Shown: positions 1 to 9,117 of the stretch, piece by piece | Numbering within the stretch: position 1 is the first letter of the stretch | How the letters are laid out: every line of letters begins with the position of its first letter | NCBI GenBank assembly: GCA_963662285.2 | Contig: CAXXMV010000006.1 | Coordinates: 1,424,284 to 1,488,283 of the forward strand | Reading direction: 5' to 3' | DNA length: 64,000 nt | Source: a bacterium | GTDB taxonomy: Bacteria; Hinthialibacterota; Hinthialibacteria; Hinthialibacterales; Hinthialibacteraceae | Program-made: the position numbers and the translations under genes | The notes under the pieces: model-generated | What the model saw: the letters and a program-made list of their open reading frames with translations, nothing else | What the model was told of the DNA's origin: nothing | Databases searched by the model: none

Positions 1-1326
1 TATGCCCGGATAGAATTTGCCAATGGCGCTGGTGAAGAAGGTCAAGTAGGTCGGAGCATTATCCAGGAAGCTGGAAAGGGCGCCGGTGATCCAGAAATAA
101 TGCCAGGGTTGCTGCACTGATGCGACTAAACTCGCCGCAGCGCCATTCTCTCCCGCTTTCAAAATGGCTAGACATGGAATCATGGTCATGAAGATTCCCG
201 CAAATAGGTATGCTACTTCTACAATTGGGAACCAAGTGAATTCATTATCTTTCCGCAATGATTGGGGAGTGGATTTAAGCGAAATGATGCCAAGAATTAC
301 CAATATGGCGTCGCGTAAGTAATCCTGGATTCCACGATGGACGCCGAGGATAGTAACTTCTCCCATATCGTAGAGACCACTCATCAATACCGCCCCTACA
401 ACTCCGCCAAGGAATATAAAGTTATACGAACCAGTTAATTTTAACGGTTCTTTCTCTAAAGATGCATCTGGCTTGATCCCCTCTTTTTTATACATAATCA
501 AATCGATGATGTAATAGATAATCAGAAGGATAACTACAGCGACCAGCATGTGAGGCAGAAGGTTAAATGTCCAGAAGAACGGAACGCTATGCAGGAAGCC
601 CAGGAATAGTGGAGGATCTCCCAATGGAGTTAACGAACCGCCTATGTTGGCTACCAGGAAGATAAAGAACACTACCATGAATGTACGGTTTTTGCGGTGT
701 TTGTTGGCGCGTAGGAAAGGACGAATCATCAGCATTGCAGCGCCAGTGGTTCCCATCCATGATGCCAGAAAAGTACCGATTGCAATCATGATTGTGTTGA
801 CGACTGGCGTTCCGACCAGCGTCCCACGCAGAAGAATGCCGCCTGAAATGGTATACAGCGCCCATAGCAGGATAATAAATGGGACGTAATCGAGAATATA
901 AATATGCAATATCTCATGAACAGCGCTCCCTCCATAAGCAATCAAAAATGGAATAGCTAAGGTTGCAGCCCAGAATGCCGATATCTTGGGGAAATGATGA
1001 TGCCAGAAATGAGGCGCGAATAATGGAAGCAATGCAATAGAGAGAAGTATTCCAACAAATGGAATGCAAGTCCACATCGGCAAACTTTCACCCAGATTCA
1101 CTTTAGTTCCATGACCACTTTCGCCATGTTTAGCAACTGCCTGTTCATCCTTCCCCACTGTCGAATCATTACTATGTTCGCCAGCGCTTTGGGCTTCATG
1201 GCTAGTATCTGCTTGGGCGATCAGGGTGGTCGAATCTGAAATCGGATCAGCGGCGCTAACGTCAACCGCTAAACCAGACAGACTGATAAAAAGCCCGGCC
1301 ATTAACAAAAAACAAAGTTGTTTCAT
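1..1326 (-). CDS. NhaD/ArsB/CitMHS-superfamily ion transporter (sodium:proton antiporter-type permease); the C-terminal end lies outside the window
   Basis: This gene is missing from the ORF track because it runs off the window. My reverse-complement translation from the ATG at 1326-1324 stays open in frame to nt 1 (442 codons). It starts with a signal-like N-terminus (MKQLCFLLMAGLFISLSG) and then has many hydrophobic helices. Motifs such as ANIGGSLTPLGDPPLFLGF and SSFLDNAPTYLTFF are typical of this permease superfamily. The short track ORFs 587..865 and 644..889 are shadows inside it. Confidence 0.75.
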   Translation of the reverse strand, partial: MKQLCFLLMAGLFISLSGLAVDVSAADPISDSTTLIAQADTSHEAQSAGEHSNDSTVGKDEQAVAKHGESGHGTKVNLGESLPMWTCIPFVGILLSIALLPLFAPHFWHHHFPKISAFWAATLAIPFLIAYGGSAVHEILHIYILDYVPFIILLWALYTISGGILLRGTLVGTPVVNTIMIAIGTFLASWMGTTGAAMLMIRPFLRANKHRKNRTFMVVFFIFLVANIGGSLTPLGDPPLFLGFLHSVPFFWTFNLLPHMLVAVVILLIIYYIIDLIMYKKEGIKPDASLEKEPLKLTGSYNFIFLGGVVGAVLMSGLYDMGEVTILGVHRGIQDYLRDAILVILGIISLKSTPQSLRKDNEFTWFPIVEVAYLFAGIFMTMIPCLAILKAGENGAAASLVASVQQPWHYFWITGALSSFLDNAPTYLTFFTSAIGKFYPGI

Positions 1327-1872
1327 TTCATATCACCTTTCATTAACTTGTTTTACATATATCTTTGACAAAGCCCAGATGTTATTGCTGAATTGGTTGA
1401 TCAGATAACATCTGTCATTGTTGATAAACTGATTTATAATTAATTAACTATCTTGAATCCAAATGTAGTGTGAAGTCTCGCAAAGCGCTTTTCAACATGA
1501 ACATATAAAAACCTGCGTCCTTAAAAGCGTATTTGCCTTCAAGTAAAAAGGCAAGGAACAATCTTCATTTTACGCAAATTAATCTTGTGCTTGAAACAGT
1601 TATAATTGTTTAGTGAAAAACTGTTTTGAAAAACCTTGCATCCGTTTGACGCCAAAATATATCATTAACTTAACTACTTATTAATGAATATCTTAAAATG
1701 ATATAAGATGTAATTAGCATGAATATTTATTCAATAAATTTCTAGAAAATTATCAGCATTGTAAAACTTGCTTGATTTGCTTTTAAATAAAAATAAGTTA
1801 TTTTAATGGTGTTGATGAATATTTTTTTGAATTCCACTAATCAGCATATTTTCAGCATCTTATAATCTAAAA

Positions 1873-2847
1873 ATGAGTGTGATGATAATGAACGACTTTG
1901 AAAAAAAGATTGAGAATTCGACCGGGAGTGAATTACATTGCTCTGAAATCGATATTATTCAAGTTAACATCGGGCTGATTTGCAACCAGCAGTGCGCTCA
2001 TTGCCATGTAGCCGCATCACCCAAGCGTAAAGAGGTCATGCCTTGGCCGACCATGGAACTGGTTCTTAAGGCGGCCAGGCGCGTTAGAGCCAGAATGGTG
2101 GATATAACTGGCGGCGCCCCGGAACTCAATCCACATTTCCGGCGTTTTATCGATGCTCTAGCTAAAGATGACTTTACAATCGGCGTTCATACCAATCTTA
2201 CCGTGCTGCTTGAAGAGGGTATGGAGGATATGCCGGAGATTTATAAATCTCACCGCATCCAGTTAGTTGGATCATTGCCTTGCTATCTTGAAGAGAATGT
2301 GGATCGTCAGCGGGGCAGTGGAGTATATCAACAGAGCATTGAAGCATTAAAACTTTTGAATTCAATTGGTTATGGAATTGAATCAGAGTTAAAACTGAAT
2401 CTGGTTTATAATCCCGCCGGGCCGGTTCTTCCTCCGAACCAGAAACTATTGGAAGAAGATTACCGTAGAGAATTGATGCAGCGCTTTGGAATTTCGTTCA
2501 CCAATCTTATTACTATAACCAATATGCCAATCGGTCGCTTTCAGACCCAGTTAAACAAACAGCATAAAGGAGTCGAGTATATGCAATTACTCAAAGATTC
2601 CTTTAATCCGCATACCATCGAAGGATTGATGTGCCGTCACCAAATCAGCGTTAACTGGGACGGGACAATTTATGACTGTGATTTTAATCTGGCCTTGAAA
2701 TGGCCCGTCAATCATGGATCTCCCACGAAAATACAGAATTTTGATCCATCGCCTTTGTCTTCGCGAAAAATTGTTACCGGCGAGCACTGTTTCGGCTGTA
2801 CAGCTGGATTCGGATCATCCTGTTCCGGCGCTTTAACTGATGCTTGA
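1873..2847 (+). CDS. arsS: Radical SAM/Cys-rich domain protein, ArsS-like (arsenosugar biosynthesis radical SAM family)
   Basis: The protein has a CxxxCxxC radical SAM cluster motif (CNQQCAHCH) and DITGGAPELNP. It also has GSLPCYLEENVDRQRGSGVY, LVYNP, MCRHQISVNWDGTIYDCDFN and the C-terminal Cys-rich tail HCFGCTAGFGSSCSGAL. Confidence 0.75.
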   Translation: MSVMIMNDFEKKIENSTGSELHCSEIDIIQVNIGLICNQQCAHCHVAASPKRKEVMPWPTMELVLKAARRVRARMVDITGGAPELNPHFRRFIDALAKDDFTIGVHTNLTVLLEEGMEDMPEIYKSHRIQLVGSLPCYLEENVDRQRGSGVYQQSIEALKLLNSIGYGIESELKLNLVYNPAGPVLPPNQKLLEEDYRRELMQRFGISFTNLITITNMPIGRFQTQLNKQHKGVEYMQLLKDSFNPHTIEGLMCRHQISVNWDGTIYDCDFNLALKWPVNHGSPTKIQNFDPSPLSSRKIVTGEHCFGCTAGFGSSCSGALTDA

Positions 2848-2877
2848 TGAAGATGAACCGCCCTAGAGGTGATTATT

Positions 2878-3720
2878 ATGTCAATCTACAAACGAAGCAT
2901 CGTCTTATTTACAATCATTACCATTTCTATAAGTTTTTCATGGTCTAGCGACAACAATCAATCTAATGAACTGGATTATTCTCAATATGCTTCTGTTCTT
3001 TCTATGCATGTGAATGAAAAAGGCGGTGTGAATTATAAAACTCTTAAAGTAAACCGGGAGTACTTGGATTCTTTCACCAATTCTTTAGCAATCTTGAAAC
3101 AATCTGCTTATGACGCATGGCCTGAAAATGACCAGCTGGCCTTTTGGATCAATGCATACAACGCGCTTACCCTCAAAGTTATCTTGGATAATTATCCTAT
3201 TAAAGCGTCGTTTCTTGGTTCATTACGCTTCCCCAAAAACAGCATCCGCCAGATTTCCGGGGTTTGGGATACAATCACGTTCAAGGTTATGGGTAACAAT
3301 ATGACCCTGAATGATATCGAGCATGATGTGATCCGTAAGAAATTCTCTGATCCGCGCATCCATTTCGCTTTAGTCTGCGCCTCTGGCGGTTGCCCGCCAT
3401 TACGTAATGAACCATTCATAGGCGATGAACTTGATAAACAACTCGATGATCAGGTGCGGGATATGATTGCCGTATCTTCAAAGTTTCGCGTTGATCACAG
3501 CAGTAGAACCATCTTTTTATCTAAAATTCTCGATTGGTATGGCGATGACTTCATCGGGCAATATAAGCCATCCAAACCTACTGCGGGTAATTCAGCAAAA
3601 CAACATGCATCTATCAACTTTTTGGCTAAATATGTTGATGAAACCACCAGAAAGACACTACTTTCAACTGAATACCACATCTCATATCTGGAATATGACT
3701 GGTCGCTAAACCAGCAGTGA
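2878..3720 (+). CDS. DUF547 domain-containing protein with an N-terminal signal/TM segment
   Basis: The motifs AFWINAYNALTLKVILDNYP and IHFALVCASGGCPPL are characteristic of DUF547. I prefer the ATG at 2878 because it lies 9 nt after GAGG, rather than the GTG at 2869 used in the track. Confidence 0.8.
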   Translation: MSIYKRSIVLFTIITISISFSWSSDNNQSNELDYSQYASVLSMHVNEKGGVNYKTLKVNREYLDSFTNSLAILKQSAYDAWPENDQLAFWINAYNALTLKVILDNYPIKASFLGSLRFPKNSIRQISGVWDTITFKVMGNNMTLNDIEHDVIRKKFSDPRIHFALVCASGGCPPLRNEPFIGDELDKQLDDQVRDMIAVSSKFRVDHSSRTIFLSKILDWYGDDFIGQYKPSKPTAGNSAKQHASINFLAKYVDETTRKTLLSTEYHISYLEYDWSLNQQ

Positions 3721-3831
3721 TAGTTACAAGTATCTGAAATATCGTGCTTTAAAAAATAATGACGACCGAAACGTCTCGGTCGCCACTTTCAACAATCTCG
3801 CCCGTATGGAGATTGTTTTATATAATGGGTA

Positions 3832-4719
3832 TTATGCGGATATATTCAAAAACTGATCCAATGTAGATACAAGTTTATCTAAATCAGGTTTAGCGATCTG
3901 ACAGTCTGCGCCTACCGCATCTCCTTTATTGCGATTATCTTCTGTAATGATCGAAGAGAAAATTATCACTGGCGTTTCTTTCAATTCGATGTCCGATTTT
4001 ATCAATTTAGTTAAACGCAATCCATCAAGACGAGGCATTTCAATATCAGATATTACAATATCGATAGATTCATTACTCTGGAGGTGATTCCAGGCTTCCT
4101 CGCCATCGTTGCATATTAAAACGCTGTTATAACCACCGTTAGATAACGTACCTTCGATCAAAGATCTAATTACACTTGAATCTTCCGCGATCAGAATTCT
4201 CTTGGATCCTCGAATTAACGCCAGTTCTTCAGGTAACTCTTCCTCACTTGTTTCAATCATATGTGGCGCAATTTCCTGGGTGATTTTCTCTACATCCAAC
4301 ATAAGAACCAATTGATCTTCAACATGAGCAATGCCTGTTAGACAAGTGCATTGGTGATGTTCAGTCGGCGGCTCAATATCTGACCAGGAGATGCGATAAA
4401 TATTGGATACTGTATCTACAATAAATCCAAACCATTGTTTATGAAATTCCGTCACAATTATCCGGCTTGATTGATCCTCTTCTCTGTCTTTATAACCCAA
4501 AGCTCTAAACAAACTAATTATGGGAATAATATGTTCTCGGAGATTTAAAACTCCCTCAATCATGGGGTGCGTCTGAGGAGGCAGTGTAAGATGTTGGATT
4601 CGTATAATTTCTCGTACTTTAGCTATATTTATGCCATATTTTTCTGATTCAATCCCGAAAACCAAAACTTCCAGTTCATTTGTGCCAGATTCCATTAATA
4701 TTTCTTTTTCGATATTCAT
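3832..4719 (-). CDS. cheV: Chemotaxis protein CheV (CheW-like domain fused to a response-regulator receiver)
   Basis: The N-terminal CheW-like segment reads ELEVLVFGIESEKYGINIAKVREIIRI. The C-terminal REC domain reads ILIAEDSSVIRSL ... DIEMPRLDGLRLTKLIK. Confidence 0.85.
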   Translation of the reverse strand: MNIEKEILMESGTNELEVLVFGIESEKYGINIAKVREIIRIQHLTLPPQTHPMIEGVLNLREHIIPIISLFRALGYKDREEDQSSRIIVTEFHKQWFGFIVDTVSNIYRISWSDIEPPTEHHQCTCLTGIAHVEDQLVLMLDVEKITQEIAPHMIETSEEELPEELALIRGSKRILIAEDSSVIRSLIEGTLSNGGYNSVLICNDGEEAWNHLQSNESIDIVISDIEMPRLDGLRLTKLIKSDIELKETPVIIFSSIITEDNRNKGDAVGADCQIAKPDLDKLVSTLDQFLNISA

Positions 4720-5082
4720 ATTGATAATTCTCCGATTTCACGAGTATTCCCCATGTTGTCAATCTACAATTTATTTAATTGATCTTTATCATTATATTTA
4801 CTCAAATCCATACAGGAACTTTTTTTTTGAATTATTTCTAAAATTTAACAAAATGATGCAATGCATCTGAATAAAATAATGCATTATTTTTATCTATTTA
4901 TGATTACGTATGTAAAATAAATAATATTTAGACATAAAATTCTACATATCCAGTACTTTTAACTATCAAAAAAGTGCATTTTATTTTGACAATAGTTCCA
5001 AATGTTCTATCATTATTAACAGTGAGTTTATTGGGATATGCGCGAAAGTGTATAAAGTTCATTCTCTAAAGGGTTTTTTCTG

Positions 5083-5706
5083 ATGAATACTAAAAAAGTT
5101 GGATTCACTCTTATTGAATTGTTGATTGTGGTAGCGATTATCGGTATTTTGGCCGCTATTGCCGTACCAAATTTTCTAAGCGCCCAAATCAGAGCCAAGG
5201 TTGCCCGTGCGCAGGCTGATATGAAAAACTTAAAAACCGCCTTGGAATCTTACCAACTGGATTATAATAATTTCCCTCCGGCGCGGGTTAACGCTATTAC
5301 CGGGGAGAGCGGCCAAATCGCTTTAAGTCATCGGTTATACCCGTTAACTACTCCTATTTCATATATGAGTTCTATCCCCTCTGATCCATTCTGGAGCCAA
5401 ATGAGCGCGCAAAATCCTGAATTTTTTGATACTTACGATTATTTTGATAATTGGTCAGGAGTGAATATCGACAACGGCGTTCCTGGTGGAGGAACCAGGG
5501 GATTCAGTTACCGGTTGTCCAGCGCTGGACCTGATAATGTGATGTGTTGGGGAAATCCAGCTTATAATTTTGATTCCACTCATTCGGGAATTGACTATGA
5601 TTTATCCAACGGAATTGCTTCGGATGGGGATATCGTGACGGTTGGCGGTTCGGTAGTGAACACGCGATATGTTGTGAGTTATCCTTTGGGAACCTATCCA
5701 CGGTAG
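5083..5706 (+). CDS. Prepilin-type N-terminal cleavage/methylation domain protein (type II secretion pseudopilin or type IV pilin-like)
   Basis: The N-terminus GFTLIELLIVVAIIGILAAIAVPNF is the canonical prepilin peptidase site plus hydrophobic helix. No secretion or pilus machinery genes sit next to it in this window. Confidence 0.85.
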   Translation: MNTKKVGFTLIELLIVVAIIGILAAIAVPNFLSAQIRAKVARAQADMKNLKTALESYQLDYNNFPPARVNAITGESGQIALSHRLYPLTTPISYMSSIPSDPFWSQMSAQNPEFFDTYDYFDNWSGVNIDNGVPGGGTRGFSYRLSSAGPDNVMCWGNPAYNFDSTHSGIDYDLSNGIASDGDIVTVGGSVVNTRYVVSYPLGTYPR

Positions 5707-5957
5707 AGAAATTTGCATAACAACATTCTCATACTTTATTCAACTAGCCTGTATATATAGGCTTGTTGAATAATAAACGTAGCGATAAACGAACAAATTA
5801 TTGAGAAGTGTTCTTTTTCATGGATTTTAACCGCAAGAAACTTTTGAAAATCAAAGTAATAATTCCAGTTTTAATCACACAATAGGCGCATAAACCCACT
5901 TCCAGTTTAGATTATTGGAGTTATGATAAGTGTTTTAGTCTTAATTTAGGAGAGTAT

Positions 5958-7763
5958 ATGACTACCACCGAATCAACTCAGCTCGATTTCAGCGATTTGT
6001 CGCTGAGTGAAACAGTTCTAAAAGCCATTAAAGATTGCGGTTACGAAACCCCCACCCCCATCCAGGAAAAAACCATCCCTCTTATGATGGAAGGAAAAGA
6101 CGTTCTGGGACAAGCCCAGACCGGCACGGGGAAAACTGCGGCTTTCGCAATGCCTTTATTGTCGAAGATCGATTTAAAACAGACCCAACCTCAAGTATTA
6201 GTCTTAACCCCGACGCGGGAGTTGGCCATACAGGTTGCGGAAGCATTCCAGCGATATGCTGGCCGGATGCGGGGATTTCATGTTCTGCCTATTTATGGCG
6301 GCCAGGATTATGAAATTCAACTACGGCAGTTGAGACGAGGGGTGCATGTCGTAGTCGGTACGCCAGGCCGGGTAATGGATCATATGCGGCGTGGAACGCT
6401 TAAACTGGACAACCTGAAATGCCTGGTACTTGATGAAGGCGACGAAATGCTGCGCATGGGATTCATCGATGACGTTGAATGGGTGCTGGAACAAGCGCCT
6501 GCAGAACGTCAAATGGCATTATTTTCGGCGACGATGCCCAAAACCATCCAACGTATAGCGCAAAAGTATTTGCATGATCCTGTAGTAGTATCTATAAAAG
6601 TTCATACATCTTCCCCTGAAACCATTAACCAACGCTATTGGATGGTTAGCGGATACCATAAACTTGATGCTCTGACCAGGATTTTGGAGGGGGAACCCTT
6701 CGATGGCATGATTGTTTTTGTAAGAACCAAAACCGCAACTGATGAACTTGCAGAAAAACTTGAGGCTCGAGGTTATTCTACAGCGGCTCTTAATGGTGAT
6801 GTTCCCCAGAAGAGGCGGGAAAATACTATTGCAGGATTAAAAGCCGGGAAATTCGATATCCTGGTTGCTACAGACGTGGCGGCCCGTGGATTGGATGTTG
6901 AACGTATCAGTCACGTGGTTAATTACGATATTCCTTATGATCCCGAAGCTTATATTCACCGCGTGGGCCGTACCGGTCGAGCGGGACGCACTGGAGAAGC
7001 TATATTATTTGTCGCGCCGCGTGAGAGACATATGTTGCGCGCGATTGAGATTGCCACCAAACAGAAGATCACAATGATGGAGTTGCCTTCGGTTGACATA
7101 ATCAATAACAAGCGTATTTCAAACTTCATGGAGCGTATCACCAATACGCTGGCGGTTGAAGAATCTGGTTTTTATTATCAATTGTTAGAACAATACCGCC
7201 AGGAACATAATGTTCCGGCTTTAGAGATTGCTGCAGCCCTAGCCAAAATGTTTCAAGGCGATAAACCTTTATTACTTAAAGATAATCCTGTACCTATCAG
7301 GCCGTCAAAGCCTCTCAAGTCTTCAAGGTCTTCAAAATCTGAACGTGGTGATAAATTTCATGGAAAAAGAGGGGCGACCAAAAAAGATAAAGTTTTAGGA
7401 CCAGTTGATGCTGGTAAAGAACGTTATCGGATTGAGGTTGGTTATGCTCATGGCGTTAAACCCAATCATATAGTCGGCGCTATGGCTAATGAAGGCGGCA
7501 TTGATAGTAAATACATCGGCCGTATAGAAATTTTCAATGATTTCAGCGTGGTGGATCTTCCTGATGATATGCCGCGTGAGACCATTCGCCCCTTGAAAAA
7601 AATCTGGGTGTCCGGCCAGCAAATGAAAATTTCTAAATTCAAAGAAGGCGATAAGCCTAAATCAGGCGAGAAGCCTAAGACGAGTAAAACCAGAAGCCGG
7701 TTTATTCCCAAAGATAAAAAAAGTAGTTCTGCTAGACCCAGGAAAAAGAAATCTTCATCCTGA
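5958..7763 (+). CDS. deaD: DEAD-box ATP-dependent RNA helicase (DeaD/CsdA type) with a C-terminal DbpA-like RNA-binding domain and a basic tail
   Basis: The protein has the Q motif, AQTGTGKT, PTRELA, DEGDEM (DEAD-box variant), SAT, ARGLD and HRVGRTGRAG. The C-terminal region YRIEVGYAHGVKPNHIVGAM is followed by a Lys/Ser-rich tail. The RBS is AGGAGAG. Confidence 0.92.
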   Translation: MTTTESTQLDFSDLSLSETVLKAIKDCGYETPTPIQEKTIPLMMEGKDVLGQAQTGTGKTAAFAMPLLSKIDLKQTQPQVLVLTPTRELAIQVAEAFQRYAGRMRGFHVLPIYGGQDYEIQLRQLRRGVHVVVGTPGRVMDHMRRGTLKLDNLKCLVLDEGDEMLRMGFIDDVEWVLEQAPAERQMALFSATMPKTIQRIAQKYLHDPVVVSIKVHTSSPETINQRYWMVSGYHKLDALTRILEGEPFDGMIVFVRTKTATDELAEKLEARGYSTAALNGDVPQKRRENTIAGLKAGKFDILVATDVAARGLDVERISHVVNYDIPYDPEAYIHRVGRTGRAGRTGEAILFVAPRERHMLRAIEIATKQKITMMELPSVDIINNKRISNFMERITNTLAVEESGFYYQLLEQYRQEHNVPALEIAAALAKMFQGDKPLLLKDNPVPIRPSKPLKSSRSSKSERGDKFHGKRGATKKDKVLGPVDAGKERYRIEVGYAHGVKPNHIVGAMANEGGIDSKYIGRIEIFNDFSVVDLPDDMPRETIRPLKKIWVSGQQMKISKFKEGDKPKSGEKPKTSKTRSRFIPKDKKSSSARPRKKKSSS

Positions 7764-7799
7764 ATCTGTTTTTATGAAACGTTATAGTTGATCCAATTT

Positions 7800-7836
7800 C
7801 GCCCTCACTCTCTCCCGGATGGAGAGAGTGAGGGCG
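7800..7836. terminator. Perfect 16-bp stem hairpin between convergent genes (likely a bidirectional terminator)
   Basis: The sequence is cgccctcactctctcc-cggat-ggagagagtgagggcg. It lies between the deaD stop (7763) and the lactonase stop (7866). Confidence 0.6.
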
Positions 7837-7865
7837 ATTGTCGTATTTTCTATCCCAAAAAGCAT

Positions 7866-9092
7866 TTAAGGATTTGCGTCTACCGCTGCTAAATGAATAT
7901 AAGAAGAAACGTTTGATACGCTTGGGGTATTACCCTTTATGGCGAATTTTATGCATACCGGAGCGCTGGGTAGTGATACTTTCTTAAGTGATTTTAGTAA
8001 GCCGGTGTCGGGATTAATGCTGAATGATACTATATTTTTTGAACCCTGATTGGCGGCATACAGGAACTTGCCGGTTGGATCGATGGCGAAATTACGCGGC
8101 GTCTGGCCTTGGGTTGATTCGTGTCCTATAAGTTTGAGTTCTCCGGTTTGTTGGTTTACTTTGAATATGGCGATGCTGTCATGTCCACGGTTGGAGCCGT
8201 ATAAGAATGATCCATCCGGGGAGACATGAATATCAGCGCAAGAGTTATCGCCGGAAAAACCTTCGGGTAATGTTGATATGGTTTGGATCTGTTCCAGGGC
8301 GCCATTTTGGGCATTGCATTTGAAAGAGATTATTTCACAACTCAGTTCCTCAATGGAAAAAGCGTATTTTCCGTTGGGGTGGAATGTGAAATGGCGGGGG
8401 CCTGAACCTGGTTTTACGCTGGCGAATGGGGGATCGTTTGGTTTGAGTTTCCCATTTACCAGGTCTATGGCGTAAATCATGATCTTATCGATGCCCAAAT
8501 CGGATGCGTAAGCGAATTTATTCGATGGATCAATAACAATGGAATGAGCGTAAGGGGCTTTTTGCCGTTGTGGATTTATGCTTGATCCATGATGTTGTTG
8601 CATATCGCTGGCCTCGCCGAGTTTTCCATCCTGCAGTATCGGATGAACCGCAACATTGCCGCCGCTGTAATTAGCGTTAAAAACCCATTTACCGGTTTTA
8701 TCGACGCTCACATAGCATGGCGCCTGACCTAGAGAGGATTGCTGATTCAACAGACTTAAATCTCCGTTATCGGGATTAATGGCGAAGGCGCTTAATCCGC
8801 CGCTTTTCTGACCCTGGAAATTGCCTAGTTCACTTACAGAATAAAGAAACTTGCATGTTGGATCAATCGCTAGATACGATGGATTAACCACTCCAGATAT
8901 CTTATGCAATAAGGTTAAGTCTCCGGTGGTTGAGTTCATGCGATACACGAATATCCCAGGGCTATTCTCAGACGCATAACTCCCGACATAAACATAAGGA
9001 TCATTACTGGCTTCTTGAGCGAAACCGAGCGATGATAATACAGTGATGACTAAAGATGTTATCAGGTTGGTTTTTATGAGCGATAAATTCAT
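7866..9092 (-). CDS. Lactonase family protein (7-bladed beta-propeller, 6-phosphogluconolactonase-like), secreted
   Basis: Repeated propeller blades contain FAINPDNGDL, VVIDPSNKFAYASD, HVSPDGSFLYGSNRG and FAIDPTGKFLYAANQ. I place the start at MNLSLIK (ATG 9092), which follows AAGGAGA and is followed by a signal peptide. The longer track ORF would overlap the upstream sulfatase gene. Confidence 0.85.
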   Translation of the reverse strand: MNLSLIKTNLITSLVITVLSSLGFAQEASNDPYVYVGSYASENSPGIFVYRMNSTTGDLTLLHKISGVVNPSYLAIDPTCKFLYSVSELGNFQGQKSGGLSAFAINPDNGDLSLLNQQSSLGQAPCYVSVDKTGKWVFNANYSGGNVAVHPILQDGKLGEASDMQQHHGSSINPQRQKAPYAHSIVIDPSNKFAYASDLGIDKIMIYAIDLVNGKLKPNDPPFASVKPGSGPRHFTFHPNGKYAFSIEELSCEIISFKCNAQNGALEQIQTISTLPEGFSGDNSCADIHVSPDGSFLYGSNRGHDSIAIFKVNQQTGELKLIGHESTQGQTPRNFAIDPTGKFLYAANQGSKNIVSFSINPDTGLLKSLKKVSLPSAPVCIKFAIKGNTPSVSNVSSYIHLAAVDANP

Positions 9093-9117
9093 TGATTTGA
9101 TCTCCTTGTAATTGAAT

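Noticed and set aside
587-889. Track ORFs 587..865(-) and 644..889(+).
   Set aside because: Both lie inside the longer minus-strand permease reading frame (1-1326), which runs off the window and was therefore not listed in the track.
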